Below are positions 9,121 to 18,424 of a stretch of 64,000 nucleotides of DNA, piece after piece. A program made the translations under genes and the position numbers. Position 1 is the stretch's first letter. Every line of letters starts with the position of its first letter. The notes under the pieces were generated by a model that searched no databases, had not been told where the DNA came from, and was given only the letters and a program-made list of their open reading frames with translations. Source of the DNA: Candidatus Alkanophaga liquidiphilum (GTDB lineage: Archaea > Halobacteriota > Syntropharchaeia > Alkanophagales > B39-G2); NCBI GenBank assembly GCA_029259535.1, contig JAPHEF010000001.1, positions 21,399 through 85,398 on the forward strand. The letters run 5' to 3'.

Positions 9121-10605
9121 CTAACCAGCTCTCGGCGTTGAGTCCCGAATCTCAGCATTCGCATCCACGGCTTCGTCTCTGACCGCAGCGGCGAGGCGTC
9201 TTCGTAGAATCTCGATGAGGAGCGTCCTCGCACGTTCGCCTTTAACGCCACGCACCGCCTCTGCCAGCTTTTTCTCGCCAAAGATATGGCAAATCCACTC
9301 AGCAAAATCGTTAGTGCTGTTCCTAAGATGGTATTTTATTGAGCGTTCGTCAATAATTTTGAGAATTTCGACCAGCTCCTCAATGCTGTATGCCACGAAT
9401 CCGGTGTGGCGGACGGTGCCGTCGTCGTCCTGCAAGTTGAAGTAGAAAGCTTCTTCTTCAGGAACTCGACGGAGGAGCTTGTTCTTAAGCGGGGTCTTCG
9501 GGCGGGCGTGCTCGAACCTGACGAAGCGTCGCAGCTCGCCCTTGAGCTTCGAACCGTAGGAGAGGCTGACAAACGGCCAAACCTTACCCTCAGCGAGGAC
9601 AGCATCGTAGATGCTGCAATAAGGACCGACGACCGAATCCACGACTCTGGCGCCACTCCTTACCATTGAGCTTTCGCCGATGATGCTGCACTTCACATAT
9701 GCGGAAGCGATTTCAGAATCTTCGAATAGCACAGATGCATGCAGCTCGGCGGACTCGACGACCGCACCCTCGCCGATGACGGTGGGTCCGTAAATAACGG
9801 CATCGGCAACAACTGCGCCCTCGCCTATGAAAACATCTCCGTATATCTCAGCGTCTCGCAGCTCTGCATCATCGACTGCGGCAACGGGAGTGCCGCCAGC
9901 ACGCTTTTTCAGGAGCCAAGCCACCGCCCGCATGTAGCCATCGGGCTTGCCGACGTCCACCCAGAAGCCCTTGACCTCGCAGCCGTAAAGTTCGCCTTCT
10001 TGTGCCAAAATCGGGAACAAGTCCTTTGAGAAATCAAAAGAACATCGCTCAGGCACATACTCCAAAACGTCGGGCTCAATCACGTAAAGCCCTGTGTTTA
10101 TCAGATTGCTAAAACACTCTTCGGGTCTGGGCTTCTCCTTAAACCTCTTTACTACGCCCTCCTCATCTATTTCCACAATCCCATAATGGTAAGGGTCGTC
10201 CACGTGCATCAGAGCTATCGTGGCGAGGCGTCCATGCTTCTTGTGGAACTTAATAAGCTCTTTTAAGTTTATATCGGTGATGTTGTCGCCTTGAATTATG
10301 ACGGCGGTCTCGTCGAGACCGGCATTCTTGACGGAGCCTGCAGTGCCCAGCGGCTCCGGCTCTTCAGGATACGAGAGTTTAAGGTTTTTTGCCTCCCCAC
10401 ATTTGCTAAGATGCTCAATTATCATCTCCCGTAGGTAGTTCGTAGTGATGGTTATGCTTTTTATGCCATGTATCTTCAGATACTTGACAATATGCTCTAA
10501 TATTGGCTTATCGACCAGCGGGAGCAGAGGCTTCGGCCTCGTGAATGTCAAGGGGCGAAGCCTCGTTCCAAAACCACCCGCGAGAATCACAGCTTTCGAC
10601 GTCAT
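9121..10605 (-). CDS. Sugar-1-phosphate nucleotidyltransferase (NDP-glucose pyrophosphorylase) with left-handed beta-helix and ~110 aa C-terminal extension
   Basis: The N-terminal AVILAGGFGTRLRPLT motif (G-x-G-T-R) is present. Hexapeptide-repeat region is present. An extra C-terminal domain has no obvious match. Adjacent to glgA. Confidence 0.8.
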   Translation of the reverse strand: MTSKAVILAGGFGTRLRPLTFTRPKPLLPLVDKPILEHIVKYLKIHGIKSITITTNYLREMIIEHLSKCGEAKNLKLSYPEEPEPLGTAGSVKNAGLDETAVIIQGDNITDINLKELIKFHKKHGRLATIALMHVDDPYHYGIVEIDEEGVVKRFKEKPRPEECFSNLINTGLYVIEPDVLEYVPERCSFDFSKDLFPILAQEGELYGCEVKGFWVDVGKPDGYMRAVAWLLKKRAGGTPVAAVDDAELRDAEIYGDVFIGEGAVVADAVIYGPTVIGEGAVVESAELHASVLFEDSEIASAYVKCSIIGESSMVRSGARVVDSVVGPYCSIYDAVLAEGKVWPFVSLSYGSKLKGELRRFVRFEHARPKTPLKNKLLRRVPEEEAFYFNLQDDDGTVRHTGFVAYSIEELVEILKIIDERSIKYHLRNSTNDFAEWICHIFGEKKLAEAVRGVKGERARTLLIEILRRRLAAAVRDEAVDANAEIRDSTPRAG

Positions 10606-10751
10606 GACAAAAAAAGTAGCGTCTTTATCCTATATAAACCTTCTACGCCCTTCCCATATGCAAAAATTTTTCCTACAAGCCCTCTTTAACTCGCTATATG
10701 CAGCAAAAAGTGCAAGTCTGCAGGTGAAACTTGGTGGAGTAGTATATTATC

Positions 10752-13259
10752 TCAGTCGTGCTGCTCGCCCTGTTCAAAATCTTCACAAAGTGTCCTGAAT
10801 TCGCAAAATCTGCAAAAGCGGCGGGTGCCCTCCGGCGGCTTGTTCGTCACGAGCGCTCGGTGCAGCGCGCTCGCAAGCGCTTCGTATCTGCGGAGCGTCA
10901 TCTCCGCGCTGCTTAAATCCACCTCGAAACACTTGAACTGCCCTGTTTCGAGCGTCGCCGCCACTCGCATGCGTATTTTTTCTGGCTGCAAGAAGTCGCT
11001 GAGCTGCGGCGTCGGCTGCAGCTCGTAGTATATCAAAAGCGCACGCTCGTAGCCGCCCGCCGCTGCGTAGAACCGCACTTGTTCCTCGTCTTCGTGCAGC
11101 GGACCGTTCCTCAGGACGTAAGAGAAACTTCTTGGGCTCTTGGACTTGAACTCCACGACCTTGTCCCCGTCCACAGCGTCTATGCGACCAGCAAGTGTCA
11201 GCACGCCGTCTTCGGCTGTAAATTCCCATGCCACAGGCACTTCTCTCATGAAATAGCTTTCTTCGACGATTTCGTGGAACAGCCGCCCGATGAAAAGGCG
11301 GAAAGCATCTCCAAGGGTCGGTTTCCGCAGCACCCGCCGCCGGAACCACGAACGACGAAGACAGCCGCCGAGCTCTGAGACGTAAATTCTTTCGTCTTTG
11401 TATTCGTGTTTGGCGTCCTGCGATAGGACTTGCTCCATGAATCGCTTGAAGGCTGCGACTTCGTCGTTCGCCCAGCGGCATTCCTTCCAGCCATAAACCG
11501 AATGGCGCTCAAGACAGTAGTCTACAAAACTCCCAAGAAGACCGTTCTTATACGCAGAAAGCACGTTCCCGACGACTACGAGCTTGTAAACTGGGCGTGT
11601 GAAGGCGACGTTCAACCGGTTCGGGTCGGCGGCGAAGCTCATGTCCTCGGTGCTCGTCACGCTGAAAATGATTACATCTTTCTGCCGCCCCTGGAAAGCG
11701 TCCACGGTGTCCACTTCTAAGCCCCTGCTCCCCGTCTTGGCAAGCATCAAGCCCGCATCTTCCGCCATCGCTCTTATAAGCGTCTTCTGAGCGTCATACG
11801 GCGTTATTATGGCGATGCGCTCTTCAGCGTTTTTAAGGCACGCGACAAACATTCTTGCGAGCTGCACGCACGCCTCGGCTTCCACAACGTTGAGCTTTGA
11901 GCCACCTTTTTGCAGCTCCTTGCCTTCGACGTGGACGAACACCACTGGCATCTCTGGACTCAGAACCTCGCCCCGTTCGAGGGTTTGCCAGCCGCCGACG
12001 TCAAGGCTGAGCGAGTGGCAGCGCTCTGCAGGCGTAATTCTGCCCTCGTAGAAGTGGCGTTGCGAGAAGCTGATGATTTCAGCGTGACTGCGGTAGTGTC
12101 GCTCAAGCCAGAGGCTCCGCCCCGGATATTTGCGTAGCAAGTGGTTAAAGGCGCTGTAGCGTTCCTGCCTGCGTTTTCCCCCTTGTCCCCTAAAGATGGG
12201 TAGCATTTGCTTGTGGTCGCCGATGAAGACCCATTTTTTCGCCTTAAGCGCGCCGAGGAGCGCCAACGGTATCGAAGCTTGGCTGCACTCGTCTATGAAC
12301 ACCGTATCGAACGTCACGTCGCGCAATGGAAAGAGTTGCGACTTTATGAGCGTCGCGCCGATGATTGGCGTCGTTGCGATGAGACGCTCGCTCTCTTCCC
12401 TAAGGAGGCGGCTGCGCTCTGAAAGCGTCCGGCTCAGCTCCTCGACGCTCGCCCACGATGAGATGCGACGCCGCAGCTCTTTCAAACGCCCGCCGAGCGC
12501 AGCCTCCACCCGCCTTCCCAACAAATATTCCTTGCGCAATACTTTTTCGGGGCGTCCGACCCGCAACGCCACGCTCAGCGGCAGGTTCTCGATGGCTGTG
12601 TCCACCGCCCTATTCGTATGCGACGTTATCAAAACCTTCTCGCCCCGCTTCGTAAGCTCGTAGGCAGCTTTAGCTATCACCTGAGTCTTCCCCGTCCCCG
12701 GCGGTCCTATTATCAAAATAAACTCGCCCTCAGCAAGCGAAAGGACACTTTCAACAGCTTTCACCTGCGAAGCGTCAAGAACGGCATCTGTAAGCTCTCC
12801 ACTCTTGAAAATACGCTTATCTTTTAGCGTCGTAGCTCTTTTCAGCTCAGAAAGCCTCAAATCACCAAACATCAGCTCGTAAAGGCGCCCTTCAATTTCA
12901 GTCCTGCCAGTCCAAACCCTCTGCAATGCCTCAAGCTGCAAATCATAGCTTATTAAGGACTCGGACTCGAAAATTTGGAGTTCATCGCCGACATGGAAGC
13001 CGGACGCCTCCATAAAGACGGCAAGCGTGTTCGGACGTGCTTCGACTACGACGCCCAACCTCTCCACGTCCTCGGAAGCGACGTAGCCGACGACGTCGCC
13101 GACGTCGAGCCGCAGACCGCCGCCGCACTCCAGCACGGCTACGCTCCCTGAAACCCCAGAAATCTTAGCAGGCGTCGCCTGCCGCAGCGCCCGCTCCCGT
13201 AACTCCCGCTCCGCAAGCCCCCGCTCCTCCTCAATTATCCTCGCAAGCTCCTCTAGCAT
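10752..13259 (-). CDS. Upf1/Dna2-like SF1B helicase fused to C-terminal Cas4/RecB-type Fe-S PD-(D/E)xK nuclease, with N-terminal barrel-like domain
   Basis: Helicase motifs are Walker A GPPGTGKT, motif II IDECSQ, GDHKQMLP, and VDAFQGRQKDVIIFS. The C-terminal nuclease domain is a DUF83-type Cys4 Fe-S PD-(D/E)xK module. It has SELGGC (Cys1), D...VVEFK, QVRFY and a terminal CRFCEFRTLC (CxxCx5C). Confidence 0.8.
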   Translation of the reverse strand: MLEELARIIEEERGLAERELRERALRQATPAKISGVSGSVAVLECGGGLRLDVGDVVGYVASEDVERLGVVVEARPNTLAVFMEASGFHVGDELQIFESESLISYDLQLEALQRVWTGRTEIEGRLYELMFGDLRLSELKRATTLKDKRIFKSGELTDAVLDASQVKAVESVLSLAEGEFILIIGPPGTGKTQVIAKAAYELTKRGEKVLITSHTNRAVDTAIENLPLSVALRVGRPEKVLRKEYLLGRRVEAALGGRLKELRRRISSWASVEELSRTLSERSRLLREESERLIATTPIIGATLIKSQLFPLRDVTFDTVFIDECSQASIPLALLGALKAKKWVFIGDHKQMLPIFRGQGGKRRQERYSAFNHLLRKYPGRSLWLERHYRSHAEIISFSQRHFYEGRITPAERCHSLSLDVGGWQTLERGEVLSPEMPVVFVHVEGKELQKGGSKLNVVEAEACVQLARMFVACLKNAEERIAIITPYDAQKTLIRAMAEDAGLMLAKTGSRGLEVDTVDAFQGRQKDVIIFSVTSTEDMSFAADPNRLNVAFTRPVYKLVVVGNVLSAYKNGLLGSFVDYCLERHSVYGWKECRWANDEVAAFKRFMEQVLSQDAKHEYKDERIYVSELGGCLRRSWFRRRVLRKPTLGDAFRLFIGRLFHEIVEESYFMREVPVAWEFTAEDGVLTLAGRIDAVDGDKVVEFKSKSPRSFSYVLRNGPLHEDEEQVRFYAAAGGYERALLIYYELQPTPQLSDFLQPEKIRMRVAATLETGQFKCFEVDLSSAEMTLRRYEALASALHRALVTNKPPEGTRRFCRFCEFRTLCEDFEQGEQHD

Positions 13260-13269
13260 TTTTACTAAT

Positions 13270-13308
13270 TTTTACAAAATGTCGCTAAGAAAGCTTATGG
13301 TTTTAACC
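13270..13308. repeat. Intergenic motif copy A (ttttacaaaatgtcgctaagaaagcttatggttttaacc)
   Basis: This copy lies between the CaCA gene end and the helicase-nuclease start. It is 33/39 identical to copy C. Confidence 0.5.
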
Positions 13309-13428
13309 ATGAGATGGTGGGGGTCACACGTCCCCAAAAAGAGTTTCTTGTTTCAAATTAATGTGTTAATTTCACCGCTTTTCTGCTGCTTTTCTGTTGG
13401 CAGCAAGGCAACTTGGTGACGCGTCAAA

Positions 13429-14355
13429 TCAAAACAGGACGTAATTGATGCAGATGAAGATGGCGTAAGTGGCTACAAGGGCGATGCCTTCGAGCCTGCT
13501 CAGCTCATGCTTAGTTCGGATGAAAATCAGGAGCAAAACGGCTGTGAAAAGCATCATGGGAATATTCCAGAAGAAAAGAGCGGTATCAACGCCAAGCGGG
13601 CGTATCAGGCTTGAAAGCCCGACCACTAATGCAGCGTTGAACGTGTTGCTGCCGAGGATGTTCCCGATGGAGATGCCGCCATGCCGTTTCACCGCTGCGT
13701 TTACTGAGACTGCGAGTTCGGGCGCGGAGGTTCCGAAGGCGACAAGCGTGCTGCCTATTACCGACTCAAGAATGTTGAAGGATACGGCAATGCTTACCGC
13801 AGAATCCACTAAAAGTTTTGCTCCCAAAAAGATGCCAAAACCCCCTAAACAAAGTTTCAAACACACCATCACGCAGTTAAACTCCATGTCTCTATCCCTC
13901 GCTACTACCCCGCCGCCCCCCCGCCGCCTGAGAGTTGCCATGTATAAGAGGAACACCGCGAGAAGGGCGCAGCCATCTAATCTTGAAATGCCTTGGAGAG
14001 ACAACGCCGTAAGCAGCGTAGAGATGCTGAGCATCACAAGCCCGTCTTTCACAACCCCTTCATCCGTCGCAAGCGGGATTATGGCGGCGCAGATGCCGAG
14101 GATGGCGACGTTCGTGATGTTGCTGCCGACAACTGTGCCGACGGCAATCCCGCTGCTGCCGACGGCAGCGGCGTAGAGCGATGTCGCAAGCTCCGGCGCC
14201 GAAGTCCCGAAGGCGACGAGCGTCAGCCCGATGACCATTTCCGAGATATTAAAACGTCTCGCAACCACCGTAGAAGATGCGACGAAGGCGTCCGCCGCCA
14301 GTATCAGCACGAAAAGCCCCACAAAAAGCAGAACGAAAGACACTACGACAGACAT
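13429..14355 (-). CDS. Ca2+/cation antiporter (CaCA family, YrbG-like) membrane protein
   Basis: Two alpha-repeat signatures are present (GSNITNVAILG and GNILGSNTFNAALVVG). About 10 TM helices. Confidence 0.8.
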   Translation of the reverse strand: MSVVVSFVLLFVGLFVLILAADAFVASSTVVARRFNISEMVIGLTLVAFGTSAPELATSLYAAAVGSSGIAVGTVVGSNITNVAILGICAAIIPLATDEGVVKDGLVMLSISTLLTALSLQGISRLDGCALLAVFLLYMATLRRRGGGGVVARDRDMEFNCVMVCLKLCLGGFGIFLGAKLLVDSAVSIAVSFNILESVIGSTLVAFGTSAPELAVSVNAAVKRHGGISIGNILGSNTFNAALVVGLSSLIRPLGVDTALFFWNIPMMLFTAVLLLIFIRTKHELSRLEGIALVATYAIFICINYVLF

Positions 14356-14411
14356 AGCTGTTATTATGACCTACTGGTTAAGCGTAAAGGATTGTGAGTA
14401 GTTCTTTTCCT

Positions 14412-14915
14412 TCAAAGCACCTGCACGCTCTTCACGCCCTTTGTCCTTCTTAATTCCTCTATCAAACGTCCTGGGACTTGCCCGTCTATAATTATTGTGA
14501 GCTTTGGCTCCTCCACGAAATAAGGGTCGTCGCTCACCGCTTGCCGAATGCTAAGCCCGTGTTTAGAGATTACTGTGGTGACCTCGCTGAGTATGCCTTT
14601 ATCCCTTGCATCCTTTGGGTATATTATCACAACGCCAAGATTAAGGAGCGGTGCTATGTTGTCAAGAAGCGGCACAGACCGCAGATTCTCAAACATCCTC
14701 CTCAAAGTATCATCAGCCATTATCGCCTTCACGGTCATGTCAACAACCCTGCGGTCAACACCAGCCTCCTTTGCAACTTGTGAATGCGGTATTCTTATAT
14801 TCCCTGAGGAAATCCGCCCTTCTGCGTCGATACGGAAGCCACGCTCCAGCAGTAAACGAACTACCTTCTTCTGCGACGGCGTCTTTTCAAATTTGCCCAT
14901 TATTTCTCCCCACAT
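14412..14915 (-). CDS. Predicted regulator with N-terminal HTH and C-terminal ACT-like domain (COG2150-like)
   Basis: An N-terminal helix-turn-helix segment (VVRLLLERGFRI) is followed by a ~70 aa ACT-like beta-alpha-beta-beta-alpha-beta tail. Confidence 0.45.
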   Translation of the reverse strand: MWGEIMGKFEKTPSQKKVVRLLLERGFRIDAEGRISSGNIRIPHSQVAKEAGVDRRVVDMTVKAIMADDTLRRMFENLRSVPLLDNIAPLLNLGVVIIYPKDARDKGILSEVTTVISKHGLSIRQAVSDDPYFVEEPKLTIIIDGQVPGRLIEELRRTKGVKSVQVL

Positions 14916-14995
14916 GTTCTCTCGTTTGTTGTAAGGGTTTAATTATTATCACGGTGTTCGGGAGCTATCTTAAATTTCCGAAAAAAAGATTCATT

Positions 14996-16153
14996 ATGAT
15001 TTCCGAAGTCTCAGGCGAAAATTTGAAAAAGCGGTTCGATGATGTTTTAAGGACGACAGTGCGTGTTTTAAGAGATTGCTCCGTCGAAAACGGAGCAATA
15101 GTTGCGGCGAACACAGACATGGACTATTACCCTAAGGACGCGTCGCCTTATAGGTTCGTTTGGATAAGGGACGCAGCTTACGTCTGTGTCGCCGCCGACA
15201 TCCTTGAGGAGCGTGGTGTTGCGAGTTTGAGGATACAGAAGAAGTTTTTTAAGTGGTGTCTTGAAAGACCGCAAAGCTTTTCAGGGGCTTCCGCCGAAAA
15301 CGGCGCCGTGTTCTCGCAGCGATATCACACAAACGGCGTCAGGGAGGGCTGGCAATTGCAGCCCGATCAGACAGGCACGCTGCTCTGGGCGCTCTGGCAT
15401 CACTTCCGCAAAAATCTGGTGCAGGCGCAGGAGTTCGAGACTCTCATAAGGAGGGCGGCAAACGGCATCTGTAAAATCTGGGGCGGCAAACACTTCACCA
15501 CGAGCACTTTCGACCTTTGGGAGGAGCGTGCGACGTTTCCAGACACTAAGGACAACCACACATACTCGCTGGCGGCATGCAGTAAGGGGCTGATGTGCGC
15601 CAGCGAGCTTGCGGAAGGCAGCGGCTACGCAAAGGCGGAAGAGGTTAAAAAATGGAGGAAATGCGCCTTAGAGATGGAGAGCGCGGCATTAGCTTCTTAT
15701 AGCGCCAATGAGGGATATTTTCTAAGGACTTCAGGCTTGCTTGATGATGACACCGTAGATGCGTCGCTGCTCGGCTTAGTTTATCCATTTGAGTTGCTTT
15801 CGGCGGGAGATGAGAGGATGGTCAATACCGTTAGGAAGATGGAAGAAAAAATAGTGCGAGGCGGCGGCGTTTACAGATACGAAAAAGATTTTTACGACGG
15901 CTGGGTGCGAGATGGCAGCCTTAGGTCCAAAGGGGCGGGAGCGTGGCCCCTCTTGAATTTCTGGATGAGCATTTATTATTCCGTAAAAGGAGATGCTGTG
16001 AGCGCAGAGAAATATTATACGTGGGTCCTACGGCGTGTTGACGGATACATACCTGAGCAGATATTTGAAAATGAGCTGCAAAAATCGGTGTATCCACTGG
16101 CGTGGGCGCATGCGATGTTCGTTCTCGCCTCTCACTTCTTGACTCTGCTGTGA
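14996..16153 (+). CDS. Glycoside hydrolase family 15 (glucoamylase-type) catalytic-domain protein
   Basis: GAIVAANTDMDYYPKDASPYRFVWIRDAAY matches the GH15 G-x-I-x-A-x...Y-x-Y-x-W-x-RD motif. The start was moved to ATG 14996 (MISEVSG) because the longer ORF from 14651 overlaps the opposite-strand regulator. Confidence 0.65.
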   Translation: MISEVSGENLKKRFDDVLRTTVRVLRDCSVENGAIVAANTDMDYYPKDASPYRFVWIRDAAYVCVAADILEERGVASLRIQKKFFKWCLERPQSFSGASAENGAVFSQRYHTNGVREGWQLQPDQTGTLLWALWHHFRKNLVQAQEFETLIRRAANGICKIWGGKHFTTSTFDLWEERATFPDTKDNHTYSLAACSKGLMCASELAEGSGYAKAEEVKKWRKCALEMESAALASYSANEGYFLRTSGLLDDDTVDASLLGLVYPFELLSAGDERMVNTVRKMEEKIVRGGGVYRYEKDFYDGWVRDGSLRSKGAGAWPLLNFWMSIYYSVKGDAVSAEKYYTWVLRRVDGYIPEQIFENELQKSVYPLAWAHAMFVLASHFLTLL

Positions 16154-17784
16154 CTTCTCTTTTTCCTCTCTTCTTCAATCCGCTCCTGAAGCACGTTTCC
16201 GTAGAGGATGTCGTCTGACCGCAGCACGATGAGCGCCGCCTCGTAAGCACCCTTTATCACCATTTCCTTCAGCCTCAGCGACTCTAAGATGCCGACTTCC
16301 ACGACGTCTCGTATTTCCCTCCCTCTCGCATCGTAGCCATAGTTCACATTACCGTTTGCGTGTTCTTTTCTCAGCTCAAGCAGGACGGAAAGCGGGTCTC
16401 TGCCGCTGTTCCTTGCAAGTATCTTTGGGATGGCTTCGAGGGCATCGGCGAATGCGAGGATGGCGAGCTGCCGCTTCGTGGCGTCGGACATTGCGAACTT
16501 CCGAAGACGTAACGCAAGCTCGACCTCGACGGCGCCGCCGCCGGGCAGAGCCTTCTTATTCAACGCTTTCGCCACCGCATATAAGCCATCGTTCACCGCC
16601 CTTGCAAAGTCGGAGAGCGTGTGCTGCGCACCGCCTCGCAGGAAAATCGTGACGCTTTTCGGGTTTGTGCCTTTTATGAAGACGAAGGTAGATTTGTCTG
16701 GAAACTTGACCTCCTCGACCCATTCCGCATACCCAAGATCGTTCTCGCTTATCTCGCTTACGTTCGTCACGATTCTTGCGTTCACAGCTTTCGCAATCCT
16801 CTCGAGTATTTGCCCAGTGGGGACGGCTTGGATTGCGACCATGCCGATTTTCAATAGCATCCTGCCGAGGCGCTTGTCTATGAGACGTCTTGAAATTATG
16901 ACATCGGCGCCTGCCCCTCTTATTCTCTCGACCTTCTCCCTGAGGATTTCACGCTCGTATTCCGCTTGCAGAAGCATGTCTTCAAGGCTTTTCACTCTTG
17001 TGGAGTAGAGATAATGAGAGGCGAACATGCCTTCTTCGGGCTTGACCGTAAGTGGAGCGTCAATAACCGCCACCCGGACATTTTCCACTCTTTTTGGCAT
17101 GTCCTCATGTAAGAAGCTTTTTTCGACGATTATACCTCTGAAGAGTGTAGTGGAAGCTGCTTCTTTACCACTTTTCCTTGCGATGTGCACGTCTTCGGGA
17201 TTTGCTTCCTTTTTCCCGCCGTCACTTATGATTTTCACTGCTTCTACAACGACTCTGGAAAGTTCCTCTGCCACTTCCAAGTATTTTGTGTCGATGGCTG
17301 TTCTCGCAACCTTGTAGAGAATTTCGTCGGTCGCCTCGAATGCTAACTCCTCCAAGATTTCCAGAGCTTTGTCCACAGCCATTTTGTAACCGTCGGCGAT
17401 GATGTTTGGATGTAATCCTACACCAACGAGTTTCCTTGCCTCGTTAAGAAGTTCGCCGGCGAGGACGACCGTCGTTGTCGTGCCGTCGCCAGCGTCGTAG
17501 TCCTGCGTCTTTGAAAGCTCTCTGAAAAGGATGGCGACGGGGTGCTTCGCTTTGAACTGCATGAGGTCAAAGCGTTGCATTATCGTTTTCCCGTCGCTGC
17601 TTATTATGAAATTGCGACCTTCGTCCTCGACAAGCATTTTTTGCAAACTCCGAGGTCCGAGCGTCGAAGCCAAGAAGTCAGAAAGCTCCTTCGCAACGAC
17701 AAAAGAGCTCTCACGCAGCTCCTCCGCGTGAATCCTCTCCGGCTCGCCCTGCAGGACTTTCAGCGGCAACTTGACTGGCTCCAT
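16132..17784 (-). CDS. ths: Thermosome (group II chaperonin) subunit
   Basis: GPRSLQKMLV is conserved. The ATP-binding motif GDGTTT is present. Length is ~550 aa. The start was set at ATG 17784 (MEPVKL); the ORF-track start is an upstream GTG at 17802. Confidence 0.9.
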   Translation of the reverse strand: MEPVKLPLKVLQGEPERIHAEELRESSFVVAKELSDFLASTLGPRSLQKMLVEDEGRNFIISSDGKTIMQRFDLMQFKAKHPVAILFRELSKTQDYDAGDGTTTTVVLAGELLNEARKLVGVGLHPNIIADGYKMAVDKALEILEELAFEATDEILYKVARTAIDTKYLEVAEELSRVVVEAVKIISDGGKKEANPEDVHIARKSGKEAASTTLFRGIIVEKSFLHEDMPKRVENVRVAVIDAPLTVKPEEGMFASHYLYSTRVKSLEDMLLQAEYEREILREKVERIRGAGADVIISRRLIDKRLGRMLLKIGMVAIQAVPTGQILERIAKAVNARIVTNVSEISENDLGYAEWVEEVKFPDKSTFVFIKGTNPKSVTIFLRGGAQHTLSDFARAVNDGLYAVAKALNKKALPGGGAVEVELALRLRKFAMSDATKRQLAILAFADALEAIPKILARNSGRDPLSVLLELRKEHANGNVNYGYDARGREIRDVVEVGILESLRLKEMVIKGAYEAALIVLRSDDILYGNVLQERIEEERKKRSHSRVKK

Positions 17785-17804
17785 CCGTTTTAAATTTCGC
17801 ACGT

Positions 17805-17816
17805 CGACTTATATGC
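17805..17816 (-). promoter_or_regulatory. Putative TATA box for thermosome gene (minus strand ATATAAG)
   Basis: On the minus strand the sequence reads GCATATAAGTCG, about 25-30 nt upstream of the ATG. This is consistent with an archaeal, near-leaderless promoter. Confidence 0.25.
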
Positions 17817-17918
17817 GTTGCGGTCCGCTGCAAACGGTTGATTCTCGCAACGCCACGGCGTCGCCTTACGCCTTAGCGGTATGACGAGTAAAAAATAAAA
17901 CCCAAAGGCTAGGTAGGG

Positions 17919-18296
17919 CTATGCACCCAGGATTTGGGACTCGCCGCCGGTGGCGATGCCAAGAGCTTCTCTTATCTGCTGCTGGAGCTGCTGGAAGCGT
18001 TTTTGCATCCGCTCTTCTTGCCGCTCAAGCGTCTTGAGTCGGAGGTCATAGGTCTCTTTCTTATCCGTCAAGTCCTCTTTCACCTCAGCCTTGCTCGCTT
18101 TTATCATGAGTTCGCCGACATTTCGGTAGATGATGGCATCATCGCTGAGCTTTTCTAACTCGTCCAGCGCGAACTCCACATCCTTGAGCATCGCCTCTAC
18201 CTGCATTTTCTGCCTCGCTATGGCTTGTAATTGCATCTGGAGCTGCTGGAGCTGCATCAGTTGATTTTGCACTTGCGGGGGCAATTCTGCGCTCAT
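17919..18296 (-). CDS. pfdB: Prefoldin beta subunit
   Basis: The 125 aa coiled-coil protein (QLMQLQQLQMQLQAI...) has the prefoldin-beta length and heptad pattern. It is adjacent to the thermosome gene. Confidence 0.8.
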   Translation of the reverse strand: MSAELPPQVQNQLMQLQQLQMQLQAIARQKMQVEAMLKDVEFALDELEKLSDDAIIYRNVGELMIKASKAEVKEDLTDKKETYDLRLKTLERQEERMQKRFQQLQQQIREALGIATGGESQILGA

Positions 18297-18424
18297 AACA
18301 ACTCTCCTACGCGGTTACACAGCTCCTTGCTTTGACAAGGAGCCTCTGACCAAAGGAATGCCTCCGTGATATATAAGGTTTGCGAGACGGCGCTGTGCAT
18401 TTCTAATGGCAAGACTTCATTATT

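Noticed and set aside
10783-11481. 232-aa Arg/Ala-rich ORF overlapping the helicase-nuclease gene in another frame
   Set aside because: Same-locus alternative frame with extreme Arg/Ala bias. The helicase frame carries all conserved motifs.
13469-14176. 235-aa plus-strand ORF antisense to the CaCA antiporter
   Set aside because: Antisense shadow ORF with Ser/Pro/Thr-rich low complexity. The antiporter frame has alpha-repeat motifs.
14651-14995. 5' extension of the GH15 ORF back to 14651
   Set aside because: The extension overlaps the opposite-strand ACT-regulator gene and encodes low-complexity Gln/Ser/Pro sequence. ATG 14996 gives a normal N-terminus.
16430-17008. 192-aa plus-strand ORF antisense to the thermosome gene
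   Set aside because: Antisense to a highly conserved gene and has no motifs.
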